This document shows, piece after piece, positions 1 to 14,200 of a stretch of 64,000 nucleotides of DNA (the stretch's first letter is position 1; each line of letters opens with the position of its first letter). Location: the NCBI RefSeq assembly GCF_964355755.1, contig NC_092675.1, positions 3,219,812 to 3,283,811 on the forward strand. The letters are read 5' to 3'. Source of the DNA: Antedon mediterranea (taxonomy: Eukaryota; Animalia; Echinodermata). The notes beneath the pieces are model-generated. The model was not told the DNA's origin, did no database searches, and saw nothing but the letters and a program-made list of their open reading frames with translations. The position numbers were made by a program, and so were the translations under genes.

Positions 1-1628
1 TGGTGAATTATTGTACGAATAACCCGATCAGTAGAATAACAATAAACTGAATAAAATAATAATTAATAATGATGCTTTTGTTGAAGATTTTATTGTTTTT
101 ATAATAATGATGGCATGATGATGATAATGACATGATGATGATGATCACTTACGCCTGATTAAATTTAATTAAATACATGAGTATATAAATAATCAAATAC
201 AAACAATCAAATATTTTATATGTATTATATAAAAAAAATACATTAATTTGTTCCTATGGCACGGAGTCTATTTCCTTAAACAAAAGATCATATTATAGTT
301 GGTGAATATAGGCCTAAGGAAACAATTAACGACATTAAAATGTAATAAAATGACATTTGTACACTTCAAATCGGTTTTGGAACGGATTCCTGTTTTCTTT
401 ACAAAAAGTAAAATGGAATTTGGGTATAATTAGAAAAAGGTTGAGGTTGATGTTAATGAAAGTTAGAAGGCCTGACATAGTCAGAATGGTACTGGTAATG
501 ATATAACGATTGGCCATGCAGCATAAATTATCATCATCATTTTTAACACATAATTATTGATATTATAAACTTCAACATTTTGTGATAAAAATACATCAAA
601 GAAAACGAAAGAAAGCCCGCCTTAGTTTCTTCTTTCCTAATATAGGAATTACAAAGTACCGAGCCAAACAAATTATATACAATATTGCACAGACTAGTAG
701 AAAAGTAAAGCTAGTAAAATCCTACAGATATAGTCGTTATTTTTTGTTATTAACAGGAAAATCTGTTTATTATGATACAATTTGAAAGTTTTTATCAATA
801 TAATTATTCTACAATCAATATAGATGTCCTAAACGAACTGCAAGCGTCAGTAAATGCTAGCCATTTAATGCCAAATCTCTAGCTTTAAGCGGTAAATTAT
901 TCTCTGTTGATCTTTGATTATAAATTGCCTTGCTCTCATCATCAACAACATTTTGTAAAATCGAGATTTCCGTAAGAAAATTAACAATAATGGGAAGACT
1001 TTTGTCCTGAAGTTTATTTTATTGATCAAGCTGCTATTAGTATGGAGTCTTTGGGACGAGCGCCGGAGATATTTAATCGCACCGATTCAGTTTGTTATCT
1101 AATTTCTATGTTCATTTAAACACTTCTTTATCAACGCGTTTTTCGTTGGATTTCTTATTTCGTATCATTTCGTCAATTTGTGTACGGGTTCAACCTGATG
1201 TCAAATATATATCACATTATAGCAATATTATCGCAAGTTAAAAGATAGATCAATGCACCAAGTATCATCACCTAAAGGGTGTGGCCATATTTAAAGGGTG
1301 TGACAATGTTTGAGGAATAACCAGTATAAGAATTCAACCCAATATTTTATAATTTAAAAAGAAAAACAAGATTATTATACGGATTTTTCTGATCTTTGAA
1401 CAAAAAGACTTTCAATTCTTGAGTCACAACATTGCCAAAATATTTTAAAGAAAATAGTATCTATATTTTTTTTTTAACTGATACGAATAACAAGACAAAT
1501 CTTACCTTTTTTGGTACTACTTCTTTGGTAATACATTGAGTCGCCTATCGTCGAGATCGCATGCTTTCCATTGCCTGTTAAAGTAGATAAAATTGTGTTC
1601 TTCAAATAAAATGAGTTATAATTATAAA

Positions 1629-1805
1629 TACAATGTAACTCTTATTCGAGACCCAGAAGTGTACCAGTAATAGGGGTGTCTCCTGAATAGGGTTTGGCCG
1701 CAGTGTTAACAAATTGATTGTCCCTTATTTCGTTTCAAAGCAAAGTGTCCCTTTAATAATTGTGCACTCTCTTGTGGGGTGTCCCAAAGGAGAGTTTCTA
1801 TTGTG
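1629..1805. mobile_element. Degenerate Tc1/pogo-like MITE remnant
   Basis: Imperfect inverted ends TA-CAATGTAACTCT ... AGAGTTTCTATTG. Repeated internal (GG)TGTCCC motifs resemble small pogo/Tigger-type MITEs. A related stretch (CTATTAAGGGGACAC) lies near 11060. Confidence 0.35.
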
Positions 1806-3795
1806 GAATATTGAAATAAAATAATTAAAAACAGTACTTAAATCCGCTTAATTAAAGGAGTAAACTATTTACTTCATTTTGCTAATTCTTCTTTATGCTA
1901 ATTAGTTCAAATTACAAGCCTCATCAACAAATTCTACATTGTCTAAATGATGTTGGCGATAAAGACAACCAACATTTGTTAATAAAATTATTAAATATAC
2001 AACAGTAGGTAAAATGTTTATATTGATAGCTCTTGTTTACACTTTGTTGGTCACTTTTACTTAAGGAAACCAATATGAACTGCGTGTGTTTGACGACACG
2101 GACACCAAACGTCAATTAAGCGAAGCAACGTTTACAAACGTACATGTAATGAAATAGGGTTGTTTGAAAAAATACAATTTACTGATATATCTTATTGGTG
2201 AAAATGATCGACTCCACTAATATTGGTCTAACAAAGTCGATGAACGAATAAACAAACGTACCTGGAATGCATTAGCAATCGGTAAATGATCGAGGAGACC
2301 GACAAATGTGTTTTAACTCGTGTAACGAGAGAACTTCAATAAAAAAGGTAGTGCTTACAAATACTAACTCGTCTATCATAATAGATAATTAATTTAGGAA
2401 AACTACTATGTGGCGTCACCATGTTTCTATATGTAATTAATGTAACAAGTAGTATGACTATACACATTGTTTTTATTCCTAATTATTCGTTGCTCATTTC
2501 GCTTGTATAAACACATGTTCATGACATTTAAGCATTTATCCGAGATTAGCCAAAGATATTGTATTTTGCTTGTTTCATTACTAGTAAACATAGCGTATTA
2601 CATTTACAGCCTTGGTCTATAATTAGCGTGTGTTTACAGCTACGCTCATCTAGACTAATATAGTTTTATGAACTTCCATGTTCAATATGCCACTCCCATC
2701 AGAGCTGTGATGAGTCACAGCGCCCCCATCGTAAATAATCTTTTGTATGCACTATGTCACCGTTTACCTACAAAGTTCACTAGCTGGAAATTTCTTTTTA
2801 TAAATAAATGATTATTATGAATTATATAATCCTTTATCAATATGTTATCTTCAAACTAAAACACGTCATACGGCTCATCAGGAATACCACAAGCATAATA
2901 AACCCTTACATTTAGGCCTGTAATAGGCCTAACTGATCATACATTAATTAACATATACATGTGGCAGATTTTTGTAAAATTTATTATTATTATTATTATC
3001 ATTATTATTCGGAGAATACTTACAATACCGGTACTAAACACAGGCTCATTATAAATCATATGCCTATTATAAACGTAACTCTACTATTAATTTCACTCAG
3101 TTGTCTTTTTTCTTTGCTTTAATTTATGGTCTAAGTGTTTTTATTGCCTATTGTTGTATCAATTGGTCCAATTAATTAACAATAGTTAATTATAATATAG
3201 AAGTACAAAAAGAGTCAAAAGAAACGTAACACCCGTGTATTCGCCATACTTGACACCAACGCGCGCGTTTAAGTTCACGTCACGCCGAATTCGACGTATA
3301 TGATCTTTCCCTCTCTGGAATAGCTTCACTCTACAAGTTTCTCAAGTGTCTTGTGACCGCTATCGCGAAGTATTAAATACAAGAAACATGATATATACAT
3401 TATGAGTAATTAGTGATGATCCACTATTCGAAATGTCTATACGTGTGTTGATATATAGCATCAATTCCTGATATTATTAATATTATTATAATCTCTGTGG
3501 ACTTTTGTCTTTCCGAGGAAGAACACAAAGCAATGAAATTAAATACACTTCTAGAAGTAAAACCTTGAACCTGCCTATTTGCCATACATCTATATCATCA
3601 CACACATTCATTAAAAATGCACTGTCTACTCTCTTAAGTCCAAAATATATTGATAAATTAATACACATTATTTGTTTATAATATCAAAGAATATTATATA
3701 GGCGTAAGTTATCAAATTTCATTTTTAAAACCAGGTCGAAAAAAGTTATTGTTTATTTACAGTGTTATATTATGTTACAGATATATTCATGTCCT

Positions 3796-4291
3796 TATCA
3801 AACTTTATGTGACAACAAAATGTGATGTGCCCGTATATGGACACGATGATGTCATATTACTACCATATTTGAGCATATCACATTTTTATCACGATTCATC
3901 GTTTGTTATTTTCCCTAGATTATGGGAGCAACTTCCCAATGAAATTAAACAATGTGCTACAATTTCAGACTTTAAAGCCCAACTCATCAAACATTTGATC
4001 TCAAAATATTAAGTTGTAATTTTTTATATTGTTTATTCAATGCAGCTTATTTTTAATTGGTGTATCTCATTATAACTTTGTTTTGTTTTTACTTAATTTG
4101 TGCTACTTAGTTTGGTTATTTTTGTATTTTATAAGTAATGATGGAGTAAGACCAGTTTTCTGTTTGGGCTCATGCCTATTACATGCTCCTGGCAAGATGA
4201 ATTGTGAAATGTACTTTTATGAACTTTTGCCGAATAAATATTATTATTATTATTATTATTGTTGTCAAACTTTGATAGCGTAGACAGAGCT
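3796..4291. mobile_element. Hairpin MITE (Harbinger-like ...GCT end), interrupted by a LINE fragment
   Basis: Inverted arms AAAATGTGATGTGCCCGTATATGG / CCATATTTGAGCATATCACATTTT. The right end GTTGTCAAACTTTGATAGCGTAGACAGAGCT-TTA resumes at 4261. An uninterrupted relative lies at 22298-22427. Confidence 0.65.
3888..4260 (+). mobile_element. 5'-truncated CR1/L2-group LINE 3' end
   Basis: Encodes FPRLWEQLPNEIKQCATISDFKAQLIKHLISKY* (stop 4010-4012), which resembles the ORF2 C-terminus (W..LP..IK...FK..L). A 3' UTR, AATAAA and a (TAT)n tail follow. Confidence 0.75.
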
Positions 4292-4729
4292 TTATAGATT
4301 TAATACCAAATTGAGTTGAGTTCATAAGGCTTTTTTATTTATACTTTTAAAGATCATATTCATTTTTGATAATTTACAAATTATAACAATAAAACATAAT
4401 ATAATAATAATAATAATAATAATAATACAAATTACAAACAATAACAAAAAACTGTTATTACTTAGTTAGCCGATGTATCAACATGTTTTTCAATATCAAA
4501 AACAGTGATAGAAAAACACAATGACTGGACTAAACTAATAAATCATACTCCACAAGTCTCCACCATTCCATATTTATTTTGAAATCGTTAATCCATAAAT
4601 GTATTCCTAAATCCATTTTACTAATAATTAAATTACAAGACTAATTATTATCTTATTGTCATAAAAAAATTAATGTAATGATTATAATACAAAACGTTTC
4701 TCAGGCAACGATAAACGTTTATATGCGTG

Positions 4730-5000
4730 TTTGTCCAATCATTTTAATTACAGCGCGGTGTTTGTCGCTAAGTTTTTTAACCGTTATTATCAGAATAATA
4801 GACACTAAGGGGTGTGCTTAGGAAAATGATTCGTCCCAGAGGTCTCCCTTTTGTCAGCTAACTTTCGCTGATCCAATCGGTTCATATCCCGAGTTTGTAT
4901 TCAAGTGTTTATTGTTTATACAATACGTGTCGAATTAACAAGATCACTGGTTGCCACTGCGGCACAATGTATAATCGCTCCGCCCATTTACTATTTGATT
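4730..5000 (+). promoter_or_regulatory. Putative FoxB proximal promoter
   Basis: CCAAT at 4735 and 4873, tandem forkhead-like TGTTTATTGTTTAT at 4906-4919, GC-box CTCCGCCC at 4978-4985, and raised GC upstream of the ATG. The transcription start site cannot be determined. Confidence 0.35.
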
Positions 5001-5499
5001 GACTTGTTCAGTGAGGTAATACCCAGCAGGAAAAAGGTAACCATAATGCACTTCAATAGCAGATATAGTTGGAGATTCTGTTATGCGAACAGTGTTTAGA
5101 CGGGGACTCCCACACTGAATACTTCTCCTCATGCAAGCAAGAACTTTGAAAGTTTAAAACTGATGTGTTTTTTTTAAACTTTGAATTTTTGTCTGCGAAA
5201 GAGACGCACACAGTAACTATTGGACCACCAGCAGCAGCATAGAAAAAGTTTCTAACCAACACCTGGTCGGCCATAGCACTTTGATTCTATCAACCACATA
5301 AAGGTGACTTGTGTTTAGATTGATGGGAGACTTGTCAAGTTGTGTCAACATTTTGACTAGCCAAACTAACATATATTCCTGAGAAGTGGACGTGGTGTAA
5401 GAACCTTTTGGCCTTTCTGTTTTCCTGGCGAGTTTAAGAGACCGGTTAGGTCAAAATAATCATTACAATAGCACCTGACTCAGCAGCGATCGGACAACA

Positions 5500-6483
5500 A
5501 TGCCACGACCCGGCAGAAACACATACAGCGATGCCAAACCTCCGTATTCCTACATCTCCTTGACGGCTATGGCGATCCAGGCATCCGGGGAGAAAATGCT
5601 TCCCCTCAGTGAAATCTACAAATTTATCATGGACCGTTTTCCGTTCTATCGGAAAAATACCCAACGCTGGCAAAACTCGCTTCGACATAACCTATCGTTT
5701 AATGACTGCTTCATAAAGATTCCCAGGCGACCCGACAGGCCTGGAAAGGGCAGCTACTGGGCATTACATCCTATGTGTGGTGAGATGTTTGAAAATGGTA
5801 GTTTTCTTCGACGAAGGAAGCGTTTCAAATCACCGAATATTCCAACAATAGATGAAAACATGCAGATAAAGCACATCGATTCTGCCAAGTTTTTTCAAGA
5901 TCAGGCAAAAATTGTAACAACTTTTCCGCCAAGTAGAAGCGCAGTAGCTCACTATCTGCCGGCCCAACACCGACAATTATCAGTATCGCACAGTATTCAC
6001 TCAACATCGCCAACGTCACCTACAGTAACTCCAACACAGCAAAAGAAATCATTTTCTATAGAGAACATTATTTCAACAGATAGCAAACCCCAGCCGATTC
6101 TTACCCCTCAAATTATCGTGCAACGGCCTCCGTTTGATATAGGACCCTTAGCTTCGGACGCTATGCACTCACCGTGGACGCCGTCATTGTGCGCCACGAG
6201 TCGCTGTAGCCTACCAGGCCAAATGTGCACAGACTGTACCGGACATTGTGGAATGTTTCATGCGGGGTATATGGCACATCCACCGACATTACCACTATCA
6301 TTTAAACCACAAATGCACGGCCTAGCCTTTCCGATGCAAATTCCAAGAACTTTGTTACAGCACGCGGCACATCTCAACCATCAACCTTCTTCAAAACTTA
6401 TCGAAGGGTTTCTACACGCAGAAAAACGACTTAGTCCCAAAATATCGGAAATAGACTCACCGAACTCTGTAATAAAAGCTTGA
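5500..6483 (+). CDS. FoxB: Forkhead box B transcription factor, single coding exon, 327 aa
   Basis: The N-terminus [27 protein letters not shown]...[52 protein letters not shown] closely matches the FoxB-class forkhead domain. The start context is ACAATG and the ORF is uninterrupted. Confidence 0.97.
   Translation: MPRPGRNTYSDAKPPYSYISLTAMAIQASGEKMLPLSEIYKFIMDRFPFYRKNTQRWQNSLRHNLSFNDCFIKIPRRPDRPGKGSYWALHPMCGEMFENGSFLRRRKRFKSPNIPTIDENMQIKHIDSAKFFQDQAKIVTTFPPSRSAVAHYLPAQHRQLSVSHSIHSTSPTSPTVTPTQQKKSFSIENIISTDSKPQPILTPQIIVQRPPFDIGPLASDAMHSPWTPSLCATSRCSLPGQMCTDCTGHCGMFHAGYMAHPPTLPLSFKPQMHGLAFPMQIPRTLLQHAAHLNHQPSSKLIEGFLHAEKRLSPKISEIDSPNSVIKA
6052..6072 (+). other. EH1 (Groucho-binding) motif FSIENII in FoxB
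   Basis: In-frame FSIENII matches the FSIxxIL/I consensus, and EH1 motifs are known in FoxB proteins. Confidence 0.85.
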
Positions 6484-8309
6484 AAATATGTTTCGTAACC
6501 TAAAAGACAATTATGACACTTTTTGCCAATATGAAAGAAACTAGTTGACTGTCTATTATATTATATGTTTATTTAGAAATATTGAGGATTGGTCGAAGTA
6601 GGCCCAAGTTTTTTGTGGAAAGTGATGGTTGGATTTGTATCCGTGCTAGGTATGTAAGCCTAATTATTTTATATTACAAGTTACTAAGTTGCTACAAAAG
6701 CTAATTATTTTAATATTAGCACATAGCAGTAAAACATACACTTATTGAATGTGTCGTTCTTCCTATACGATTTATAAGTAAGTCTATATTAATCAGAAAA
6801 CATATATCTGTTTTTTGATTAATTTCTTGTATACAAATAAAATAGGCCCTAACGTACTAGAGATTAGAAACGAATATATCAATTTATGAAGTAAATCGTA
6901 ATCATGTTGATAAGTATGCGTTTTTAAATTTGTCTTTAATTATACTATAGCAACTTTAATTGATTACACTAGGTGTAATGAAGGATAAAGATACAAAGTA
7001 TTGAATAACTGTTGTTACGACGAATGCCCGAAGCATAATGTATTTTGTTTAAAATCATTGAATATTGGTAAAGAATTTATAACTGGCCTTGAAACTAACA
7101 AAAGCAAAAAATACTTAGTAATTTACAAACACTATCTATTTATCAGGTTATTATTATTAGAGTAAATCTTATAAAGTAAATCTTTAGAGAAAATCTGAAG
7201 ATCAGTATATACATAGGCCTACATATTTTTAGTACTTGGTACAACTGATTCAATTGGAACTTTCGTTGGGGCATGCGGTGTCTAATGTAACACATTTGTT
7301 TTAGCACTGTTCCGAATTCATGTTATTAATGTTCGTAGAACTACATACAGTATTGTGTACATGTAGCCTACCATACGGTACTTAATAGTAAACATTGACG
7401 AACTACTGAAATCTAACATTACCTATGAACATTTGTATTTAGTAAATAACATTTTTAAACAATTCATTACGTATTTTTAATCTACTGTTTATTCCTTATG
7501 TGCAATCAAAATGTAATGTCGTTGTTTCGTAGAATTATTTCTGCTATTTTCTGTTTTTTATTTATTATTTTCAATTATGTTTTTGAATTATCAATTTTAC
7601 AATTGCTAATTGTATCATTGTTTTTAATGAATATTTACCACCGATTGTTAGAGTAAATTATTATCGTTACAGAAGCAAAAATTAAGATTAAAAACCGTAA
7701 ACTAATTAATTAATGTACAATTTATAGTTAAATTTGTGTTTATTATTTTCAATCTTTGTTGTAAACATTATGATACTCTTTAAGTTGCTTCTTCGCCAAC
7801 AATTGTTGATATAGTGTAAATTGGTCAATTAGAGTAAGGAAATTGATGTTGTAAATGTAAGATCAATAAATGTGTATAAATGATAATGATACGTCAATCT
7901 TGTAGCAGTTTGTACTTTGCATTATGTTGTATTATTAATGGGCGTGACAATCTGGATAAATTTAATACGGGACTCCTTCGGATCAAACTTCTGCATTGAA
8001 ACTCTGTCGTTACACTTATAACTTTTACGATATGCTATGCGGCAAACAAACAGTTTTCGGCTGTAATTACCGTGGCAGACTATCATCGTTTCTGACAGTT
8101 GTAGGCCTACAGTATAATCAGAAATTTGGTATTGTACTCTACTCACAGAGTACATTATTCAGTACATATTGATTATCAGTATTTTCATTTGAATGATACA
8201 AGATTTCAATTTTAAAAAAAGGAAATATCGATGAATTAGTGTTTGATATTATCATGCGTCAATGAACATTAGAAATAATGCCCAATAGTCACAAAAGTAT
8301 GCAGGTCTG

Positions 8310-8745
8310 TGAGATTGGTCTAAACACTATGTGATTGGTCTAAACACACATAGTCTAAACACTATGTGATTGGTCTAAAATACACATGGTCTAAACACTA
8401 TGTGATTGGTCTAAACACTATGTGATTGGTCTAAATACACATGGTCTAAACACTATGTGATTGGTCTAAACACACATACATTCCGTTTCAATATTTTTTA
8501 TTGTAATACAAACATTATTAGCTATATGTGCTATTGCTTTTGTACTTTTTATATACCGTAATAAATAATTAAAAAACATGGTCTAGACACTATGTGATTG
8601 GTCTAAACACACATGGTCTAAACACTATGTGATTGGTCTAAACACACATAATCTAAACACTATGTGATTGGTCTAAGAACTATGTGGTTGGTCTAAATGC
8701 ACATGGTCTAAACACTATGTGGTTGGTCTAAGCACTGTGATTGAT
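8310..8745. repeat. Minisatellite of 20-bp (AAACACTATGTGATTGGTCT) and 15-bp (AAACACACATGGTCT) units with a ~100-bp insertion
   Basis: Alternating units are directly visible. The array is interrupted at ~8478-8576 by an AT-rich segment ending in AATAAA and an A-run. Confidence 0.9.
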
Positions 8746-11213
8746 GACAAAACACAACGAGATAAATAAACTCCGTGTAGGCCTAAATAGATATTTTTTA
8801 AATAATTTTCAGAGCTTATCAGTCACGTTTCATGTTTTATAAAATATTTTGACAGGATAATGCAATATGCCACAAATAATGTTTTACGTAATCGCATTTT
8901 CTCCACTAAAATGTTTTTATTTATCGCATGATAAATGTGGTTAAAAAGCTATCTTTGTAAATAAATATGTCATGATTATAAATACTTGGTTTCGCGACTC
9001 CGAAATAATATCATAACATTTTTTGTAATCATTCTATATCGGATACAAACTATTTCACTCCTGTAGGTCCAAAATTCGTTATTATCTTTAGCTCATAGAT
9101 GGGTCACGTTTAGATATTACACCTTATCGTTGAAAGTTTATCAAGGTAATTTGAAATGCATCATGTCTTTGCATTTGACGTACGGCAGAGCATATAGGCT
9201 AGGCTACATAAACGGACTTCAATTGAACTCCACAGCTGGTCCCGCCAGGATTCCATGCGTTTATGTATCTTTTCAATCAGTGGCTGTCTGAATTAGTTTC
9301 TTCTAAAGCAAGTTGTGAAAATTGAACGAAAACAAGACCAATCCGACGACGCGACGACGGAATTTGAAAACCGACAAAGTTTACCAGCGGCTTGTAGGTA
9401 AATAACATTCTGTTATCAGTAAACGGTTACTTTAAACTCAATTATAACTCTTTACAAATGTTCAATGTAATAACTATATTATTTATTTATTTATAATTAC
9501 AAAAAGGATCTAAAGTTACACTAACACTAGTGTTCTGTGATATAATTATCCTTGTTAAATCAACAGTATCGTTTAAATTACGGTACCGTATAATTATAAG
9601 CGGTTAATTAATTAGAAAATGGAATATTTCTTATTATTAATCATATTCCTATAACTTTTGTTTCTATGTCTCTTCTTGATGGTGAAGCTTCAATAATATT
9701 ATAAATGAGCAAACAAATAAAATTACGGATAATTAAATCGAAAAACCAATTAGTTCTGTAATTAAAATGATAATTCTGTTTACATTTTTACCGATACAAT
9801 TAATTATTGCGATTTTTAGGCTTGTATCTTAATAATATGTTATGACTTAATATTTAACGTTAGATACTATCGTGTTACTGTTTAATATTAGATGATTAAA
9901 TCTCGTGTGTACAATGAGAGGCCATACAAAATATATTAACGTTTCAGTAGCTGAATATCTTTCATATTTGTTATTTAAAATGTGAAGATTTTCAAATAAT
10001 TTAGATAAGATTAATGATTAATATTAATTGTGTTGGTAGGTCTTGTTTGTAGATTGGTCTCAGTGTATAACATGATCATAAGAAGATAATTAATAATATA
10101 AAAGATATAAAGATAATATATTGATATAAACATTTCAACGTCTATGGAAACTTAAAATCCTTTAAATGTGAAGTTAAATTAGTTGCTTTAGTTAAACAAC
10201 GCTCGTAAGATTGTTCAAAAAGATAATGATATATATTTATTTTCAAATCATTAAAATGTTAAGCTAAATCAGAAAATGGGTTCTTAAATGAAGATAGAGA
10301 CATAAAAATATGTTATTCTTAACGATGTTATTTTTAATTTCCTGGTTGAGTGCTTTTCTCTACTGTCCGAAATAAAGGAAATGAATAAAGAATGATATAA
10401 AAGATGATATGATATAGGCCTAAACATTTCAATTTCTATAATATGAAATTTAAAATACCTATTCAAATTATTAATTATTTTGGTGTGAAGACCATCAGTA
10501 CTGTAGAAAAAAGATATGATTTTTTTGTTCAATAAAGATAATTTAATAAATAAACTGTAATGATCTAAGGATTTAAACTTCTAGGACAACTTTTTTTAAA
10601 TGTAAAAAATTCTAATCATTAAATGTTTGGTGTGAAGATAATAAGTTACTTCAGAAAAAAAAAATCATGTTCGTAAGATAAAGACATGAACTCACATTGA
10701 ATAAAGAGCATTCTCATATATTACACGACTCAACATATCAAAGCGCTGACTCAGTCAAAATATTTAACGTCAAAGAAAATAATTATATACACACTTGACA
10801 GTGGAAACTTAACATCATTATTTACAAGAAAGTGTCAAAGGTTTTAACATTTTAATTCTAAGAAAAGCGAGCATATTATTGTGGATTTCAGGTAAATTAC
10901 AAATTTACTAACAAAAATACAACCTAAAATTATTGTTTTATTTTCACAAGCTTGTTCACAAAAGATAAGGAATTACTATTTTGAATATTGTAAGATTCAC
11001 TGAGGCATATGCAAAATCTATATTCGTGTTAACTTTTATGTTTAAACATGGGAGAGTTTCTATTAAGGGGACACTTTTGGACCAAAAACTTTTGCTTTGG
11101 TGTTGATGAATCATTGAATTATATAGTATACTGAGCTGTGGGTGCGCAACATTGTTTGTGGAACGAGATCGACTGAATATATAAAAGTATATACACACGA
11201 TTTCATAGACTAA

Positions 11214-11284
11214 AATAATAATAATAATAATAATAAGATTTTTATAGCGCACATACCACTCCAGAGTGCTCAAGGCGCATACAA
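11214..11284 (-). mobile_element. L2-like LINE/SINE 3' tail
   Basis: Minus strand reads ATGCGCCTTGAGCACTCTGGAGTGGTATGTGCGCTAT followed by (TAT)n. This 37-nt core recurs with 1 mismatch at 53061-53124. Confidence 0.7.
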
Positions 11285-14200
11285 GTTTGTTCTTTCTTGG
11301 CATTCTTTTAGAAAATGCCTACAAACCAAATAATTTTCCAGAAACATAAAATGGTTAAATCATTGTTTGGAAGACATTCTTGTTGCTAAGAAAAAGAAAT
11401 AATTAATTTTAGAAGCTGTTCCACATATCCCACAATATAATTCAATATAAACGATGATAAAACATGATTTAAAAAGGATATTTTCTATTTATAGTGATGG
11501 GTACAAACAGACAAACAATGTTGACCCATTTACATTACTAATACATCATCATCATAACTTCAACTCTGGACCTGATTTCATAGATGACCTTCAAACTCAT
11601 CCTATTCATATCTCATAGTAGGCCTACTCAAACCGTTTACACAGAAGAGATAACAATAACACTTTCTTTTAAGAACACTATAATAAGAATTGCTGACGGA
11701 CCAAAAGGAGAACAATTTCGATACAATTAGAAAAGGAACATATAGGACTAAAGATTGAGAATTTTACTTAACAATGGCTAGATTAGTACAGTGGAGATGG
11801 TTACTTTAAGCACTTCACGACTGTTTTCTATTTAATACAGAATAACTAGTTATTCTTTAACCATTAATCTTCAAAACTTTGTATTTTAATTAGAATAAGA
11901 TTGAGAAACTTTTTCTTAACAAAGTTCGAGTTAAAACCGGCTATACTGAACCTCGGATTCTAGATGTTTATAATATTGTGATGTTTTAAAGAAACGATTA
12001 ATAATATGAGTTAGGTCCTATAAATATGAGTTAGGTCCTACATAATTTATAAAATTATCTTAATTAATAATATTATATTTTCTCATTCAGTCTATTTGTA
12101 CTGTAGCCTATTTAAAGCTTTTTTTGGCAGACCTAAATTTAAGGAAAAACGGTTTGATTCTTTAATTTAAATGAATTAATATTAAGTAGTTATTAAAATA
12201 TGTATATCAATGTATGTTTTCACATGTGATAATAAATTTTAATCTGATTCTAAATATAATTTCTATAACGTATTGCTAATATACCCAACATGTTAAAAAC
12301 CCGACCGCCGTTTCTGTACCATAAGTGATCAAGCGTAAGTAAATATACGAGGAAATGTTAGACAAACATTTGTTATTTATGTTCTGGATGTCATCTGTCT
12401 TTCGAACTTCAAGGAGCTGTGATATGGGAGTAAAATAAGCCGAATGGTAGACGAATGAGTAAGAACATCAAACAAACTGTAAATTTGGTTGTTTTGTATG
12501 CTCAAGTGGCGTAGGCTAATGAATCTAGCTGACACGAAGGTTTGTTGATGGATGAATGGCGGGTAAGGTGGAAGGTCTACTTGCGGTGTGGGGAACCTTA
12601 GGCCTACGTTGATTTGTCAAATAATTTAAAAAAGATTGGCCCAAATACCAAATTTCATCTGAAAATTCATGAATAAATAATAATAAAACGTTGAAAAATG
12701 CCTGTTTATAGGTCCACGTGTGAAAGGTCATGATGATTTAGGAGCATATAGCATTTAGTTGACTTATTGGGGTGAAATACTTTATTGTAAACGAGCGTTT
12801 GTAACATTTATTCTTCTTAATTTTCAGCAAACAAAGTATAATCCAATGTCTAAGGTATGGCCATTTTATTATTTATGTGTTCACTGTTGTGACATCTCCT
12901 GACAATTATGCATGTTCGTCGTACCTATAGAGGGCAATTATTATGATTCTCAACTACTAATGAATATCGCTCAAAATCACTTACATCTGAAAATTAATTC
13001 GTGTAAGAAGGATTAGTATAACGTCAAGCCTCTTGCATAATTTCAAATATTGCAATTCACATTCTGGTTAAATCGAGCTATATGAAAAGATCTGTTTTAG
13101 CAAAATGGAGGCGTTGGGGTTTCAAACAGATTGAACAAAAACATGAGATACTGCACCGCTTCATTAGCACTTGCCCAGCCAACCATAATTCGTCATTGTA
13201 AGATGGTGTTAAACCAAGTGATGAAAATCAGCAATATGTTAAATATCGACCACATTTTTATATAATCTAATTGTAATTCCTTTCTTTATGTTCAAACGCT
13301 GAATCAATAAACACACAATCTGTATTATATTGCATTTTATTGATTCCAGTTGTATTTTAAAACATTAAAGATTCTATAAAGTTAAATATTTCTTTCCTTT
13401 AAAAAAATTATTACGGCAAAAAAAAAGCATCATTGTGAGCGGGAAAAAATAAGAGTTCCGAACATTTAACCAATAGGCGACGAGAAAGGTGCGTGTGGCA
13501 TTACGGCCAATAAACACAGCAATTGACAGCGCGTATATGCAAATAAATAAATAGATACGCGCAACATCACAGCCAATCACGGGACGTTGTGCTCACGTAT
13601 GTTCAGGTAATAAAACAAATGTAGGTTTAAAACAAATGATGAGGTCATATCGTGAGAGAGTTAAGCTCGCACGATATGATAGTCATGAGTTTATTAGAAG
13701 TTCAAAGAAATACTACCAATATAGTGAAATACCACGGAATGTTGTTTATATGACAAGCTATAAATCTTTCTGTGTGTGTTTCGATACGGCTGTAACAACA
13801 AACACTTTTATATGAACACGGAATTATATGATAGATTTCATTCTTAATTTACAAAGCTTTGGTTGACAAAAAAAAATATTATAGGATCCTAATAATAATT
13901 TATCATACTGTTTCACAGCTAAAAAATAAGACTATTAAAGTTTCAAAATGAAAAGTGTGAGTGATTTAATTCACTATTTCACATACAAATGAACCCAAAC
14001 AGAATTGTTTATAATTCTAACAGGTTTAGGCCTATAATTATTGTTTCATTTTGGTTTACAACTTAAGTACTGCCGACTGAAAGTGATATTCATGTGGTTT
14101 ATTCCAGTGAAATCAACAGGATTATGAGCTAGGCTTAAGTGAGTGTTATTTATCGTTTCACCATTTTAGATCCAAAGGAATCCGACACAATATAATATAA

